Source of the DNA: Microbotryum violaceum
Taxonomy: Eukaryota
Assembly (NCBI GenBank): GCA_001244265.2
Contig: CDLV01000011.1
Location: forward strand, 496,001-560,000
Direction: 5' to 3'
DNA length: 64,000 nt
Below the pieces are notes generated by a model, which did no database searches, was not told the DNA's origin, and saw only the letters and a program-made list of their open reading frames with translations. The translations under genes were made by a program, and so were the position numbers. Positions 24,543-38,511 of the stretch are shown here, one piece after another. How positions within the stretch are numbered: position 1 is the first letter of the stretch; the number at the start of each line of letters is the position of its first letter.

Positions 24543-24983
24543 CTTGCTGCCTCTCTCGAGGAGTGTGTGTATTTGTGCGAGCTGGAAGTAGTCAACTGGT
24601 GCAAGCGGAGCTCTGGGCGATGTGAGGTGCGGGTGGGGGAGGGGAGCCCAGTGAAACTCTCGATTACAGTTACAGTTAGCAAAGTGGTCTCAAAGTCGGT
24701 TGAAAGGGTAAATTCGAAAAGGTTATGCGCTCGCCGGTGCGCCTCTCTTTCACTCCCACACATACACCTCGAAGGTACACAACAGCAACCCGGTGATCAA
24801 ATCAATTTCTGGTAGCGCCAAACGGTTTTCCAGTGCACGACCCTTAACTATCGCCTCTCGTCCACCCCGCGCCCTTCAGCGACTTGCCAGCCCGGTCAAC
24901 GTCATCGATCGATCAAGCGCTTGAGCAACGCCCCATCTCCTCCCAGGACCCCTGCACCCCTGTACCCCACACTGCTACCTAGT

Positions 24984-26244
24984 ATGGCCAGCTCATCCTC
25001 GGAAACATGCGAGATCTCCCCCCGTGATCAACTCAAGGTCGGCTTCATCGGATTGGTCAGTCGCAGCTTTGGCTCTTCGCCCCCAAGTGGGGAAACCGTC
25101 TCATCAGTCTGATTGTGGGCTCACCCACCCGACTGATCCCTATGCTCGCAGGGCAACATGGGTTCGCACATGGCCCACAACTTGGCACGCTGGCTCTCGG
25201 CCAACGACTACCCCGCTCTGTCCCTGTGGAATCGCACCAGCTCCAAGCTGCCCCCGGTGTCCAACTCGATCGCCCACGCCGAGTCCCCGATGGCCATGGC
25301 CGAGGCCTGCGACATCGTCATCACTTCCCTCAAGAGTGACGGTGTGGCCCAGGAGGTCTACGCTCAATTATTGGAAGGCGCCAAGAAAAAGGACAAGAGC
25401 AAGGGTACGATCTTTGTCGAAACCTCGACCTTGTACCCGACCACCGCCGGAGAACTCGAACGAGCCGCGTCGGCGATCCCGCACTCCTACTACCTCCAAT
25501 GCCCCGTCTTCGGCCCACCCCCGATGGCCAAGGAAGCCAAACTCGTGATCGTGCTGTCGGGACCAAACTGGGCCAAAAAGATCGCCGAACCGATCCTCGT
25601 CCCCGCCGTCGGGCGCAAAACTGTCGACGTCGGCAGCAACGTCGAGCGCGCCGCCGCGTTCAAGTTGACCGGCAACATGCTCATCCTCGGGTCGATCGAA
25701 TTGTTGTCCGAGGCCATGACCCTCGCCGACAAGACGGGTGTCGGAAGCGATCTCTTGCTTTCTTTCGTCAAGGACTTTGTTCCCGCACCGAGTTGGATCG
25801 GGTACGGCACCAAGATCGCGACCAATTCGTTCGAAGGCGATTCGGGCTTCACCGTCGAAGGAGGACTCAAGGATGCAAATGTGAGGACAAGGCCGTGCAG
25901 AAGATGCCTTGCCACCATCGACGACTAATCGATATTTGCATTCTTCCCCACAGCATCTGAGGCATCTTGCCGCCTCCGTCGACGCGACAATCCCTGTCAT
26001 CGACGTCGCCCACCGTCACCTCATCACCTCGCGAGCCCACGGCGGTTCCCAACTCGATTGGTCCTCGCTCGTTTCGGGTCCTCGTCTCGCAGCGGGCTTG
26101 TTGCCCTTTACGGGTCAAAAATCATTCCCCAAGGATGATGGGTTCGGGTCCAAGGTGGAGGTGGGGGGAAGGTACTCGGATGCGGATACCGAGGTCGAGG
26201 CACCGGTCAAGAGTGGCGGGATCAAGACCGTGCAGAACTTTTGA
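24984..26244 (+). CDS. NAD-dependent beta-hydroxyacid dehydrogenase (3-hydroxyisobutyrate/6PGD family), spliced
   Basis: KVGFIGL/GNMGSHMAHNL, WNRT, QCPVFGPP, AAAFKLTGN, GLKDA. Confidence 0.88.
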
Positions 26245-26443
26245 GCCGTAGCAAAGTATCCAGGGTAGAAAGGTCGAGCTTGTGAGCATGGAATTGGATG
26301 AAGCTCTTGACAGTTGTGGTTCGACATGAGATGGATCAGCTCAAAGAGAAATGCTTTGCGTGCGCTGAGAGGAAGAAGAATTACAACAAGATATGTTAGG
26401 GAAAGAAACGGAGGTTGTGGAGATTGCGTACGATGAAAAGCCT

Positions 26444-27780
26444 TCATCGCCCCAGATTCGCGGCTGGTGATCTTGGAGAAGCGACCAGTTCTCGATGCAG
26501 ACAAGGCCACGTCGGATTCGACATGATCGCTGCAGGGATCGTAAACGGTACGGAAGGGGGATCGATGCCGATCTGTGAGGAAGGACGTATACTTCAGACT
26601 ATGTCCCCTCAGCGGTTCAAAAGTACGTCTTCCACTCACCAAGACCCCGTGTGGTAATGTATCGGACGAGGTGATGGGTGGGATATGCGCCGTCTTGTCC
26701 ATGACAAACGTCAGACTCCTCAAAAGGAAATCGTTCAGCTGACTTCTCAAACCTGGGTGCCGGAGGGCCACCATCTTCAGCGAGTGAGACAGCTTCGATT
26801 TGCGTATCAGATGACTCACGATCCTCTCCTACCCCCCTTCTCCCATCCCCGACCGCATCCATCTCGACGATCCAAGCTTCCCAAGGTGCCCCGAACTGCT
26901 GCAGATCATCGACCTGCTCGTTTGTAGGTTCGTCCATCGTCCCTCCCACCAACGCGGCTTTCGCCGATGCCGAAAACCATCCCAAGGCCGACGTGACGGG
27001 TGCTGTGATGTTCCTCGATGGAGATGTCGATTTCGAACCGCTATGCCCTGGTGACGGAGGGATCGCTTGGGAAGAAGGGGAACGGAACGAGCGAGGCGAT
27101 TGCGGGGTTCGGTAGAAGCAGATGACCATCTAGCGAGAGAGCCAAGGTGTCAGCTTTCCGAGCTTGCGGACCGATTCCGTCTTCAATTTGACGTGTACTG
27201 ACCCTGCTTGGTCTCGGAGGTGTATTCCCCGCTCGTTCCAAAAGTGCCCTTGTGTAGGTGTCGACGTGGGCACTGACCAGTGCTTCGATCTCCGGATCAC
27301 TCGCCGACGGCTAGTCGATGCAACGCAGGAATCAGGACATACGTCTAGCATTACCGTCTTATTGAATAAGCTATATGACGTACAAACGTGACGCCACAGA
27401 CCTCGACCGCGCGCGGCTTGAGGTTGCCCAACACCCGATGAAATAGGATCGTGCCCAGGATAGCTGTGGGTTTATTGCTGAGTATTAGCTCGAAAAGCAG
27501 AGCAGGGGCTCACAGTCGCAGTGGTCGCCCACCTTTTGCTACTTCGCGTGCCCACTGTCGTTCGACGCTCTATACATACGCCATCGCGCAGTCCGTGGTG
27601 GCGTGGTGGTCGTCCGGAGGAGATCCGAGAGGGACGTGGTGCGACGCGTCGTCAGCGAGTCAGGAACGATTAACGATCATCTTGCAGAGGGGAAGGTAGG
27701 GTACACAGACTCACTAAGGATACCTGGAATACCTCGGTCTTGCGTTCTGCAGCCGCCGCAGCCGCAGATGACGACGGCAT
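26444..27780 (-). CDS. ATG101: Autophagy-related protein 101 (HORMA), spliced
   Basis: AILGTILFHRVLGNLKP, DPEIEALV, ICFY, PWEAWIV, HIPPITSSD; ends approximate. Confidence 0.8.
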
Positions 27781-28046
27781 CGATCGTCGATATGGAGGTG
27801 ACAGAGTCAATTCGAACGATTCGGACGATTCGGACGATTCGGTCTCGGCATCGCGAGTGGCCCCCCTGCCGAGCCGATCGCGTCACGGGACGACTGCATT
27901 CCAAGCACATCGATGGGGATGAAATATTAATGCGTGTGAAATAGTCACAACTTGGAGGATCATATAATAGGTGTACATACGGCCATTTGGCCCGTGAACA
28001 ACGAACATAAGCGTCAACAAATCATGGGGTAGGTAAATTTGGCCTT

Positions 28047-30570
28047 TTAGCGGCTCAGGTTGTCGATACCATCGTAGTAAAAGATGACCAAGGCGATGAT
28101 GACATAGATACACATCAATGTAAGCCCTTCGAACCAACTGCAACACGAGAAATGAAAAAATTGGCCCAGGTCAGAATCGATTCCCAGGTCTGAGCACAGG
28201 GACTGGGGACAGGGACGACTCACTTTGTTCTCGAATCCGCAATCGCCCAATTGACCGAAACAACCGCAAGGAACAAGATCAATGTCTCGAACGGATCAAA
28301 GTAGAGCGACAAGGGTTGACCGATCGCCCACCCGAGTAGGATCAGGATCGGGATCACGAGGAGAAGGATTTGCAACGACGAGCCGACGGCGACGCTCATG
28401 GCGAGATCGAGCTTGCCTTTTCCCGCGACCGTCACGGCTGTGACGTGTTCGGCAGCGTTACCGACGAGGGGAAGCAGGATCAACGAGACAAATTCGACCC
28501 CGACGGCTCCCGTCGCGGTGAGGCCTTCGATAGCTCCGACGAGCTGCAATGGGACGCGCAACGAGGGTTTCATCAGCCTGTTGCTGCTATCCGATACACG
28601 TCTAGGATCACATACCCATTCAGCGGTGAACCCAGCTAGTATGGTGACGGTGAACAGCAAAGCCAGAGCGCCGTAAAGACTCAATTTGGGGGCGTGCTCG
28701 TCTTCCTCGTTCGACACGGACGAGATCGACGACTCTCCATCCGAGGATGAGCCCCACGACGGCATACGGAAAACGGCCGTGTTGGCAGGTGGTTGCGGCC
28801 CGTCCTGAATCGTCGGGGAGGCCATGTCGATGGGAGCCGAACTTGGGTCGGTGGGGGCGTAGAGGTACTGTGTCACGTGAGCGTAGGCATAGGGATCAGC
28901 AACTCGCGCTCAGTGGGAAGGATGGCTCAAGTTTCGCGCACAGAGTGGGTCCAGAACTGGAACATCATGTATCCGAGGTAAACAAAGAGCAAGATGATTG
29001 CGATGCCGTGGCTGATGTGCAAAACGTCAGTGTCGGCAGTCTGTGCGTGGTGGCGGACAACGCTTTCGGCTCAGCAGCTCGTCTCGAAAACGTCGTGATC
29101 GTCTCGCGAACGCACCGTGAGGTTCGTCCCAGTACCACCTGCCAGGTCGCGAAAGACGTGAAAGGCGACCGGAATGACGATCGCGTTGATCGCCAGTCTG
29201 TATATCGAGTGACAGAGGCAATGAGCAACTCAATCTTTCCGGATTTTCACTCGGACTGCGGTGCTCACCCGAGCGCATTGATGTTGACTTGGGCCTGTTT
29301 CATAGCGTACGGCTGCTCGTGAAACCTCAATCCTCCGACGAATTGACATGTGCCCAGCACGAGGAGCGAGTTGGAGAGCACCGAGCCAATCATGGCGGCT
29401 TGAACGACCCGAACCTCGCCCTTGACCAGGGCGAGAATCGCAATGATCAACTCTGAAAAGTTTAGAAATGCGTGGTTATAACATCAGTCGATGGGAAGCA
29501 CTGTCGATGGCTTGTCGTACTCACCGACAGCATTACCAAATGTACCTGTTTTTGATTAGAAACAGAGTTAGCAAATCAGTTGTTAGAGTCGTCGCCAATA
29601 CGAAGGTGCGGTTAGAGCTGGACAATCTCCTCTCTGCATGGCATGCAGTTTGCTTACAGTTCATAAGACCGCCGATCGTGTCACCGACCTGCGTGGCGAA
29701 AAAGAATCGCGCTCGCCAGAGTCAGGGGCAAATTCGACGGTCTCTGAGCCGTGGCGACGACGACGACGTACCCTCAATGCAAGCTCTTCTGTAGCAAAAC
29801 CAAGCAACGCGGCCAAGGGAATGATGGCCAAGAACGACATGACAAAAGTGATGGTCGAGCCCTGGTGCGAGAAGTGCATGGCCCAGGAGACCTACGGAGA
29901 ATTTCCTTCGGCCAGTCGCCGGGCTGATCAGTTCATTGTTCATTTCAGTCGAAAGTCGACGGGCGCGCCAGACTCACCGGAATGAACACGAGCAATACGT
30001 TGAGCCAGGAGTACTTGATGATGTTCATTCCACTCGTTCTCCATCCCGGAGGTTTGCCAACCGGAACCTGGGAACACAAGTCAAGCGCAGACGCGGATGC
30101 TGATCAGCTGAGGTCGGAGCTTTATACGGGACACCTCTTGCCCGACGACGCGTAGGCGCGCTTCAATTTGAGTCGAGATGCGAGAGCGGGCTGGCTACTG
30201 GCTGGCTAACCTTGGGGACGAGCAACTCCTTGGTGAACAGTGGCTTGGTCGGCTGTGTTTTCGGTTGAGGTCGATAATGTAAATCTCTCTGACCCAAGTT
30301 GGGAGCGGTCATACTCCTCAGCGGCCGCTGTCGTAGCTCGTTCGCATCGCCATTCGCGCCGGTCGACGTCGACCTCGCAGCCAACCCGGAGCTGGCCCTC
30401 CTCGATCCCGATCGTGCCGTCGTTACCGCAGGTACTGGCATCGATGTCGCCCCTCGAGGTATCCCCAGTTCGGCTCCATTCTCATCCAGGCTAAAGTCGG
30501 CCGTTGAAGCGGGCTCAGCGACGAACGTAGTCGCCGGTGGTGCTGGATGGTCATCGGTCGGGGCCTGCAT
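28047..30570 (-). CDS. VCX1: Vacuolar Ca2+/H+ exchanger (CAX), spliced
   Basis: SFLAIIPLAALLGFATEELAL, FGNAVE, GSVLSNSLLVLG, LILLPLVGNAAEH, GKLDLAMSVAVGSSLQI, WFEG. Confidence 0.93.
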
Positions 30571-31618
30571 TCGTCGTCGCGCCAAAGTGACGAATTGTTT
30601 GGTCAGGACCACGAAAGGGCACACGGGCACCACCGATTTGTACGCCGTCGCCCTGCTTCTCTGCGCAGTCGAGCAGAGTCTCGAGCTCGAAGGGAGCAAC
30701 GCCAAGCCTTTTTTCCGCGATAAAGATAGAATCTGCGATTCAGCAAAGACCATTGTAGCAACTTCAACACTGTTTCTGATAATTGTTCCGACTCCGATGC
30801 AGCTATCTTTAGCGATTGTTTGAGGAAACAGTTGATGTGATCGCTGTCGCCATCTTCCCGGAGCCATCGAGGGCAGCTGCAGTAGCTAGTACGAGACTCC
30901 TTGAGGCTGGCCTCAGCGCTAGCGATCGGCCGCGGAGGTTTTTTGAACGGTCGACTCTCGACGTCACGCCGCCGCGACCCTGCACCCCCTGTATTTTAGC
31001 CCACTTAGGCTCGCCGAAGACCGGCCACGGTTCACACCCGCTCTAGCCTCCGAGACAACCGCCATCGATGATTCGGTCACCCGGTCAGACGTACCTGAAG
31101 TGAGTATCTTTCGTGTTAGTGCTATGGTGCGTGTTGAGCAAGTGACTTGGCTGCAGGTGAGATTTCGGCTTGGACGGCCTCGAGCCTGTCCGTACGGCAG
31201 TAGGCGGTGGTCGTGTCCCCGCCGGACCGTCGGGATACGTTTCCAAGCGAGGACTCCGATCAGCAGCAAAATCAGCAAGAACAAATGGGGTGAACGTCTT
31301 CAATCAAGACACATAAAGCATCGAGGAGAGCTTTTATTGTTGCGTGAGGGCTTTTTGTCTTGCTTTATTGGCGGTGCAGTATTGTCGAAACGAGACGGCC
31401 TCGGATCGCGTTCGGATGCGGGAGGCAGACCGGCAGACGCTACCGAAGTCTGCCGAGCGAGTGCTGAACGAGTCGCCACAGACTCGGGGCTGACACCGTG
31501 TGGAAAGCTCTGTTCGCTTTTGACCTCTTGCAACTCGTTGTCGCACTTGATTCTCTCGACCTACCGCCTTTTCTGTGTGTTACTCTCCAAACCTACAACC
31601 CCTCTCTCGATACGCCTC

Positions 31619-33221
31619 ATGTCGCACCCTTCCGTCGTTCACGACAACGTCCTCTCGTTGATCGGTCACACGCCTCTGATCCGACTCGACAAGATCGCGG
31701 CCGAGGAGGGACTCAAGTGCAACCTCTACGCCAAGGTCGAGTTGTTCAATGCTGGAGGTTCAGTCAAGGTTAGTTGCACCCCATGGCTATCGTTGGGTGG
31801 TGGTGTTGGCCCCGTGGCGGTCGTGCTGCACGACTTTGATGCGGTCCACACATGGCGACGCGACATCAGTCCGAGCTGGGTGTCGCGACAGGTTGAGAAT
31901 ACCAGTTTCGGCGTGCCGTCGGTTGGTCGGCGATGGCTGGCACAATCGATCACGACACGAAGCCCAATCCCACGAGCAGCTCAGGCTGATCGCAAGTGCA
32001 TACACCACAGGACCGCATCGCATTACGTATGGTCGAGCAAGCCGAGAAAGAAGGTCGATTAATTCCAGGCAAATCAGTGCTCGTTGAACCGTGTACGTTG
32101 GTCGTCTTCCACCTCAACTCGAGGCGCCGATTACGTTCGTGCGCCACTTCCCCACTTGGGGCGTTTTGCCGACAAGAGCTGTGCGCTGCCCGCGCTCGGT
32201 GACTGAAAGTCGACGGCGCTGATATTTAGAGTTGTATCGCGATCTTGCCCTACAGCGAGTGGTAACACGGGAGTCGGACTCGCATTAGTAGCAGCCGTCA
32301 AGGGTTATCGATGCATCATCACCATGCCAGAGAAAATGTCGATTGAAAAGGAGAACACCATGGTCGCGCTCGGCGCAGAACTGATCCGAACTCCGACCGA
32401 AGCCGCTCACGATTCGCCCAATTCCAACATTGGCAAAGCAAAGCAACTTCTGAAAGAGATCCCGAACGCGGTCATGCTGAACCAGTACGACAACGAAAAT
32501 AACCCCGACGCGCATTACCACGGCACGGCACCCGAGATCATCGAAGCTTTGGCGTCAACTTCGAGCTCGACAAATTCGGCCGGAGCATCGAAGCCTTCTA
32601 CGGGCAAGTGCGACTTGATGGTTGCTGGAGCAGGTACGGGTGGGACGGTCACGGGCTTGTCGAGGCGATTGCACGAGTCCAACCCGGACGTGGTGGTGCT
32701 GGGCGTCGACCCGCGAGGCAGCATCCTCGCTCGCCCCGAAAAATTGAACGAGCTCGCGAAGGGAGAGACGGATCAGTACAAGATCGAAGGGATCGGATAT
32801 GATTTTGTAAGTTTGTGAGTATTTGGAGCAGCTTGTATCGGGAACTGAGACGGTATGCCCGTCCGGAAACTGTCAGATCCCAGGCGTACTGGAACATTCG
32901 ACCGTCACGCGATGGATCAAGTCAAACGATTCCGAGTCCTTTGCAGCAGCGAGGCGGATAATCCGAACAGAGGGATTACTGTGCGGTGGGAGTAGTGGGA
33001 GTGCTCTCTCCGGCGCGCTTGGGTTCCTCAAGAGCGAAGAGGGAAAGAGGAACTTTGCCGATGTCGAAGGAAAGAATGTCGTCGTTCTGCTGGCCGACGG
33101 GTGAGTTGCCCCAGCTCACCTCTTCGTCCACGATTGAACTTATATCAGACGTTTTTATCCTCGCAGCATTCGCAACTACATCTCATCACCTTGGCTCGGA
33201 GCCGACTCGGGAGCGAAGTAA
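31619..33221 (+). CDS. CYS4: Cystathionine beta-synthase (catalytic domain only), spliced
   Basis: IGHTPLIRL, KVELFNAGGSVK/DRIA, SGNTG, MPEKMS.EK, NQYDN.NNP.AHY, GAGTGGT, YKIEGIGYDF, EGLLCGGSSG, D.IRNY. Confidence 0.93.
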
Positions 33222-33574
33222 GCACCCCGATTGAACTTCGTTCCCATGCAAGGCGCTCTGCTTCCGTCTAGAATGGGCGGTGCATACGATCTAATCGCAT
33301 CTGTAATTTTACTGCGTCGCATTCTCGTTGGATCAATACAATATCTGCTTGTGGGGGCTCACTCGAAGACCTAGCGAGAGGAAGGATGCTATGGTTGATC
33401 TGCCATGCCCACGATCCAGCACCAAGACGACTTCATTCTCGGACCCAAGCACTTAAAAGGTCAATATGTTGTTACATCACATTGGAGAGAAAGCAAGCCA
33501 AGCGCCCTGTCAATATCGTAACAATCGGAGGTGTTGATCACCCAGCTCGGTCGTTCACTGCAGCCCTTTGCCGT

Positions 33575-35230
33575 TTAACGCATCGGTGAGAAGGGCAATG
33601 CCCTCAACACATTGGCGTGCATCTTTTCCGTCAGCTTGACCGTCTGCAGGCCAACCGTGAAGACGCATGTTCAGCAATCGATCTGAAACACGACAAGCCT
33701 AGTGTTTTCGATCAATCCCACCTTTGTCACCGTTCCTGACCAGGTATCGATCGTCCAGGCCTTTTCCCGCGTCGCGCGGCGTTCCTCGAGCGTCGCGTAA
33801 TGCCACATGTGGTGCACTTGGTGTAGTTCACCGAGTTGGGAGAACCAAGCGCCTAAAGGCGAATGACCCGATCGGAGACGAGCTTCGAGGCCGACTCGCC
33901 TGTTCGTTCACGACCGGGCCGGGGAGAGTGGAAGAAATTCCGTCAGCTTCTTCGCGGATGAATCTTGCTTCGTTGTGGCACGATTCAATCAACTGACCAT
34001 TGGTTCTCCCACTCCAACAAGGCTCCCGGCTTGAGCGAATACGTCCTCAGTTCGACGATGCCGCCCAGATCGGTGCGTGGTTCGGCACATTGCCAAAAGG
34101 CGAATTCTTGGTTCAGTTGCGAGGTGCGCGTTTGAATCAGAGGTAAAATCTCATGGTTGAAGAACTCGAGGTGGCCCTGTGAGAATGAGGGGAATGAGGT
34201 CAAGATTTAGTCTTCGCTTAGATACAAGGGAGATGGGGGAGAGTAGACTTGCGTGGGATGCCTTGATTTGAGCTTTGGTCTTTTCGAAGCCAGTCAGTCC
34301 CTCGTACTCAAATATGTGGACTACTCACGTTGGAACGAGAATAGAATGCAAGCGAGGTGAGCTGCATGTCCTGATACGTAATTGATTCGGAGCGGACTGA
34401 CCAAACGTGTCGACCTCGCCGACGACAATTTCCCAACTGCCGGTCAACTTGGCATGGAAGTCCTCCGACTCGTGGATGCCCTTGTAGTAGCCAGCAATGA
34501 GCTCCTTGTACTGTTCGACATGTTGGGGCAAGACCTTGTGTTCTGTTGGATGGTCCAAGGCGGAAGCGGGGCGGTCGGGGGGAGAGGTGGGGCACCGATG
34601 TGAGTGGGGGCCGAGGTCAGTACCTAGCTCGACGGGGAGAGATGTAGGATGCCACGCATGGTCTATTACTTACTTTGGAACTCGTGTACGCTCCGCTGTC
34701 CGGGCGATAGGCCGAGAGGGAGGACGAGGCAATGTCAGCACCTTATGAAACCACAAAACCGTTCCTGAACAGCCGGAAGTGGGGCCGCGCCCCGGCGTCT
34801 TCGGCAACGATCGAAGGATACACCTTTCGGGATGATTGCTACCTGCACCATTGAAACATCTGGTTGACCATACTTACGTTACGGCCCACTAGTTTGGAGT
34901 GTTGCCCTTCCGCTTTCTCGCCCTCGGCCTTGGCCTCGGGTGAACCGTGCAGCAGTGCCTGCCCGCGAAGAACCCAGGTATATCAGGACCATAGAACGTT
35001 GTCAACAGTGCTAATACTGTACTCACCGAGAATGCACCCTTTACAGGTCGCGAGCACGAGGTATGGAAAGCGGAACGGGCAGCGGCGGGGCAGAGGCGCC
35101 GTGACGCGTGGCGGCGGAGACTCGAGTCAGTGCAGCAGTTGTGTGCGCGAACGAGCGGGTCAGAGATGCCACTGTGGAGGAGGTGGGGGATCGATTAGTC
35201 GAGAACTCCGGTCTCGTATGGCCATGTTGC
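33575..35230 (-). CDS. NIPSNAP family mitochondrial protein, spliced (5' end uncertain)
   Basis: LLHGSPEAK..QHSKLVGR, KLTGSWEIVVGEVDTF, HIFEY, GGIVELRTYSLKPGALLEWE, LRALPFSPMR*. Confidence 0.85.
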
Positions 35231-35694
35231 CTGCGAGTCAGCTCGAGCGCTTACTTTCGAGTCAGCAGGCGTCGATGCACGATGTGGGGGGGGGGGGGAA
35301 CGCAATCAACTGCGGGGCCGGCGAGCGATCGAGCACAAGTTGCCGGCGGCGCAAGCCGTTGGAAATAGCCGACACAAGCGGCGCCTGTTCGAGGGCAAGT
35401 AGGCTGCATCCAGAAAATGGTGGAACCGTTTTGAGGCAAGTCACCCTTCCCAACATCCTCCTGCTATCAAAAAACGGGAACAACTGAAAATGATCCGAAA
35501 ATTCTAGTGACGATGCAGTGCCGAGCGAGCCGAGCCTGAGGCCGACGGTTCCGTCGGATGCGCCGAACGCCCACACGGCGTAGCACGGCGTGCCGTCTTC
35601 GAGCGGGGTCTTCAGCATCCCAGCCGAGCGCTTTCACTCCGTCCTCCGACAACCCACCCGATTCTTCGCAGCTTTCGATCTCATCTCAGCTAGG

Positions 35695-38346
35695 ATGATG
35701 TACGCACGCTCGATCGGCTCCAGGCGGGCTCTGCTCTCGTCTGCGACCCGTCGTTCGGCATCGTTTGTCGACTCGGCGCGGTCGTCCTCGTCGCCGTCAC
35801 TTCGGAATGGCCTCGCCAGTGTTCAGCACCGCCGGATGCATGGCTTCCCAGTGCTGTCCACCGCCATCGACACCTCCGATCCCGAATTCAAGGAGCGCGC
35901 CGAGGCGATGCTGGTCGTCGAACAGGAGATGCAGACCTTGCTCCGAACGATCGAGAACGGAGGTGGGGAGAAGGCCAAGCAAAAGGTCAAAGCCGCCGGC
36001 AAACTCTTGGTGCGAGAGAGGTCAGTCCTAGACGGACTGTCACACCGATCGGTTAGCGTATCGCGTGTTCAAGTGAAACTGAAAACTCCGGACTGTAACA
36101 CTTACGTGCACAGGATCCAAGAGCTGCTCGATCCGTTTTCCCCGTTCCTCGAGCTGTCCCCACTTGCTGGGTATGATATGTACGATGGACCTCTACCCGC
36201 AGCGGGTATTGTCACCGGTATCGGAAGAGTGCATGGGTCAGTTCGAGACCTCGTCAGGTGATGCAGAAGGCTCCGCTATAAGATCCGAGCTCATCCGGGC
36301 AAATGCCACTTCCCCACTTGTTCAGAACCGAGGTCGTCGTTGTCGCCAATGATGTGAGCAAATCGGCCATGCCGAGGTCGCCGAGAAAGGTCCGGCTTTC
36401 TAATCTCATTACACATTTCTTTGGGCCTAGGGTACAGTCAAGGGTGGATCCTACCACCCGGTCACGGTCAAGAAGCATCTCCGAGCGCAAGAGATTGCCC
36501 TCGACAACCGACTCCCCTGTGTCTACCTCGGTCAGTCCACGTCGGGAGAAGGGACACGGGCTTCGAGCCTCAGCTGACCAATGGCTCGTTGAAAAATTTC
36601 CAGTTGAATCCGGAGGCGCTGCGCTGCCGTACCAGGCCGATGTGTTCCCCGACCGAGAGCACTTTGGTCGAATTTTCCGTAACATGGCACAAATGAGCGC
36701 TAAGGGCATCCCGTGAGTGTGGGGCCTACACGCTAGAAGGCTTGAGAATTTCAGTCTGACTTCGCTTTTTCGTCACAGTCAGCTGGCTGTTGTTCACGGT
36801 ATTTCGGTTGCTGGGTCAGTTTGCTTTGCTCTTGGCGCCTCTAGCGATTATCACCAATGCTGAACTTTGGTCCTCAATCTTTCCGCACAGAGGGGCGTAT
36901 GTACCTGCCATGGCCGATGGTGAGCTTCCTGTGCTTTCTTATGCGTTTCAATTCACCTTAATTGATGCACGCTCTTTCTCTTGTCAGAAAACATCATCGT
37001 CGCCAATCAGGGCACCATCTTCCTCGCTGGTCCGCCGCTCGTCAAAGCTGCCTTGGGCGAAGAAGTCGATTCCGAAACGCTCGGTGGTGGTCTGATGCAC
37101 TCTTCCGAATCAGGTGTGACCGACCATCTCGCGCAGTCTGATTCGCATGCGATTGCCATCGCACGATCCTCGATCAAGGCCCTCAACTACAAGCCTTTGC
37201 CGTGGAAGAGCGAGTACGCCGAGCCGGCAACGACGGAGGTGGATGAGCCCTTATATGATCCCAAAGAACTGGGCGGAGTCGTAGGGACCAATTTGAAAAA
37301 GCCTTGGGATATGAGGGAGGTGATTGCTAGGACCGTCGATGGGAGTCGGTTCCAGGAGTGGAAGAAAGACTATGGCTCAACCATCGTCACTGGATTCGGT
37401 CAGTGCACACTTCTTAAGACGGGAACATAGACCTAGAACTGATCATACTTGATCATTTGACTTGGGCAGCTCACATCCACGGGTATCCTGTCGGCATTGT
37501 AAGCCACCGAACGGACGTGACAATACCTTTGGGCACGGAAGCTAAGACCATTCATTCCTAATCCACCCAACAGATCGCCAACAATGGGGTCATCCTCTCA
37601 CCCTCGGCTCTGAAGGCAACCCAGTTCATCCAGCTCTGCGAGCAACGAGGCATACCTCTCGTCTTCTTGGTCAACATCTCTGGATTCATGGTCGGCAAGG
37701 ATGCCGAGAAGGGTGGTATCGCCAAAAACGGCGCAAAGATGGTGCGAGCCGTCGCTGCGACGACGGTTCCCAAGCTCACGGTCATCGTTGGTGGATCCTA
37801 GTCAGTACCTCGAATTGCTTATGGCTGTGCCGATGTGCTGTGGCTGAAGCGTCTTTGCTCTCCTTGCAGCGGCGCGGGTAACTACGGGATGGCCGGGCGA
37901 GCGTGAGTTCGACGAATTTCTCGCCGTTCCACTTGGAATGACACCATGCTAAAGTGTGTCATCCATCTCCGACACGCAGATACGACCCCAGGTTCTTGTG
38001 GATGTGGCCCAACGCCCGTGTCTCTGTCATGGGTGGTGATCAATTGCAAGACGTCATGTCCACAGTGTCCAAGTACGTTTCATTGTTGCGCATCATTCTC
38101 GCACACCAGATTGGTATGCTAACCACCTCAATCAATCTTCACAGGGACACCTCCAAAACCTCCAAACTTAAGGCACAGATCGAATACCAATCGACACCGG
38201 TCTACGCCTCCGCAAGGTTGTGGGACGATGGTGTCATCTCTCCCTCCGATACGCGATCGTGCCTCGGTCTCGGTCTGAGCGTCGCGATGAAGAGCTGGAA
38301 CCCCGAGAAGAGGGACAGGGGCAACTTTGGCGTGTTCAGGATGTGA
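35695..38346 (+). CDS. MCCC2: 3-Methylcrotonoyl-CoA carboxylase beta chain, spliced
   Basis: [87 protein letters not shown]. Confidence 0.96.
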
Positions 38347-38511
38347 TCGCCCTTGCCGATGCATGATTGAGTATTCCAGTCTTGTAGTAGCTATATTGGG
38401 TATTTCTCCTCGGTTTCGGGACTGCAAGCGGTACTGATGCTGCGCACGCTGATGATACATAAAAGACCCATCCAACTACCTGATTGGACCCCACTGTCAC
38501 ATAAATCTCGT

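Noticed and set aside
27809-27842. 9-bp repeat (GATTCGGAC) x ~3 upstream of ATG101
   Set aside because: Too short to interpret
30964-31284. Minus ORF with hydrophobic start (FLLILLLIGVLAW)
   Set aside because: Non-ATG start, lies in the VCX1/CYS4 divergent promoter, no family resemblance
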